Source of the DNA: Lysobacteraceae bacterium
GTDB lineage: Bacteria > Pseudomonadota > Gammaproteobacteria > Xanthomonadales > BQJN01
Direction of reading: 5' to 3'
DNA: 64,000 bases
NCBI GenBank assembly: GCA_021604725.1
Contig: BQJN01000005.1
Location: 614-64,613, forward strand
Position numbers and translations under genes: made by a program. Below are positions 62,697 to 64,000 of the stretch, piece after piece. How positions within the stretch are numbered: position 1 is the stretch's first letter; every line of letters starts with the position of its first letter. The notes beneath the pieces are model-generated. The model was not told where the DNA came from. It did not search any database and saw only the letters and a program-made list of their open reading frames with translations.

Positions 62697-63590
62697 ATGA
62701 AAATTGGAATCGCTCTCGGTGGTGGCGGTGCACGCGGCTACGCCCATATTGGCGTATTGAGAGAGCTGGCTGATGCCGGCATCTATCCGGACGTCGTTGC
62801 CGGAACGAGTATCGGAGCGATGGTCGGAGCGGCTTATGCTGCCGACCGGCTCGATCGATTCGAGCAGGCCTGGAACGAGGTGTCGGTGAAGGATCTGCCG
62901 GGACTGCTCACACCGCGTTGGCCACGCGATGGCCTGTTCAGCGCTAACCGCGGGATGACCTTGCTTGATGAGGTATTGGGCGTGAAGCGCTTCGATCAAC
63001 TGCGGCGTCCGCTGGCCACGGTGGCGGTCGATCTGATGTCAGGCCAACGGGTGGTGCATACCGAAGGCGACATCATTCCGGCGGTACGAGCCAGCATCGC
63101 GATTCCGGTGGTATTCAGCCCAGTGGCAAATGACGATCAGATACTGGTCGACGGCGGCGTGTTGGAACCATTGCCGATCACCGCCTGCCGTCAGTTGGGG
63201 GCTGATTTTGTCATTGGCGTGAGTCTGTTTTCCGATTTCAGGCGGCCACCGCGACCGTCATACGAACTGGAAGATTCTTTGAAGAGCTATGCCAATTCTC
63301 CCCTTCTAGACTGGTTGGGTAGATTCAAAGGTCGGTCGCATACCCGCCTGGGCATGCTCGAAACCCTGTCAGCGACATTGTCATTGTTTCAACGTGAGCT
63401 GACGCGATTGCAGCTCGAAGTCACGCCAGGCGATTATGTGTTTGGACCACCAGTATCACATATTGGCGTGCTGGATTTTCACAAGGCCAAGCCGTTGGGC
63501 GACGCTGCGCGGGCTCATGTTCGAGCGCAATTTTCACAACTGCAGAAGAGGCTGTTGCAGACTAAAGCAGCGCGCGATTCAGGGACGTAG
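62697..63590 (+). CDS. Patatin-like phospholipase (RssA-like)
   Basis: GGGGARG, GTSIG, DGG. Confidence 0.92.
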   Translation: MKIGIALGGGGARGYAHIGVLRELADAGIYPDVVAGTSIGAMVGAAYAADRLDRFEQAWNEVSVKDLPGLLTPRWPRDGLFSANRGMTLLDEVLGVKRFDQLRRPLATVAVDLMSGQRVVHTEGDIIPAVRASIAIPVVFSPVANDDQILVDGGVLEPLPITACRQLGADFVIGVSLFSDFRRPPRPSYELEDSLKSYANSPLLDWLGRFKGRSHTRLGMLETLSATLSLFQRELTRLQLEVTPGDYVFGPPVSHIGVLDFHKAKPLGDAARAHVRAQFSQLQKRLLQTKAARDSGT

Positions 63591-63676
63591 CTGAGGTGCG
63601 CTGGCGGGCGCGGCGCACAGTAACGGCCGACTTCTGGCACTGGCGTGTTCATGACCAGCGAGGTCATTCTAATGGT

Positions 63677-64000
63677 GTGTTCAAGACCCTTTTCTTCGTA
63701 GTACTGCTGGTATTGCTGATTTGCTCGGCAGGCCAACACACAAGTGTTCACTTGCCCGTGTTCGACTTGCCAATGGTCGGGCTCGGTTGGGTGGAGGAGC
63801 TGCTGTCGCTGGTCGTCAGTGCCGCATTGATCGCGGCTGCAATCATGGTTGTTGTTTGTGCCGGCATGATGCTTGGAGGCCTGGTGCTGCTGGCCCTGGT
63901 TCTTGTTGGTGGCACCATGGCGTTCGTGTTCTTGCCGATCCTATTGCCACTGGTCTTGGTGATTGCATTGCTGAGCGCATTGCGACCCAGGTATCAGTCG
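63677..64000 (+). CDS. Hydrophobic hypothetical membrane protein (3'-truncated by window)
   Basis: GTG 63677 opens 108 codons to the window end: MFKTLFFVVLLVLLIC...FLPILLPLVLVIALL. Confidence 0.55.
   Translation, partial: MFKTLFFVVLLVLLICSAGQHTSVHLPVFDLPMVGLGWVEELLSLVVSAALIAAAIMVVVCAGMMLGGLVLLALVLVGGTMAFVFLPILLPLVLVIALLSALRPRYQS

Noticed and set aside
63630-63655. Sigma54 promoter before the last ORF
   Set aside because: TGGCAC is present but the -12 TTGC element is absent at the required spacing.

Overview
The window is the replication-origin region of a gammaproteobacterial chromosome, probably Xanthomonadales/Lysobacterales-like (inferred from the dnaA-dnaN origin, the split gcvP, the ampE-HDAC-pduO synteny and the C-terminal DxxFxxGF[ED] tails). 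It is mostly housekeeping: hslUV, Fur-controlled Fe3+ ABC genes, gcvT-H-PA, tag, rppH, sppA, queF, an ABC exporter, recQ, a complete FNR-controlled cbb3 oxidase cluster (ccoNOQP-GHIS) directly upstream of dnaA-oriC-dnaN-recF-gyrB, glyQS, a stand-alone GspE/PulE ATPase, ada-alkA/ogt, three secreted hydrolases, fadH and a patatin. No rRNA, tRNA, CRISPR or transposase is visible. Four signals are most interesting. (1) Two related ~150-bp MITE-like repeat families occur as dispersed, nested and tandem copies; they share an IHF-like site, a covarying stem-loop and several CsrA/RsmA-type ANGGA-loop hairpins. (2) An unannotated ~190-nt sRNA candidate lies downstream of a gcvA-like LysR gene, with a LysR box, sigma70 promoter, C-rich loops and a terminator. 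(3) Three unrelated secreted enzymes end in a shared 9-residue motif, a candidate sorting signal. (4) oriC has a Bacillus-like DnaA-box/GGCC/DnaA-trio unwinding module. All calls were made by eye from the sequence; no database searches were run.
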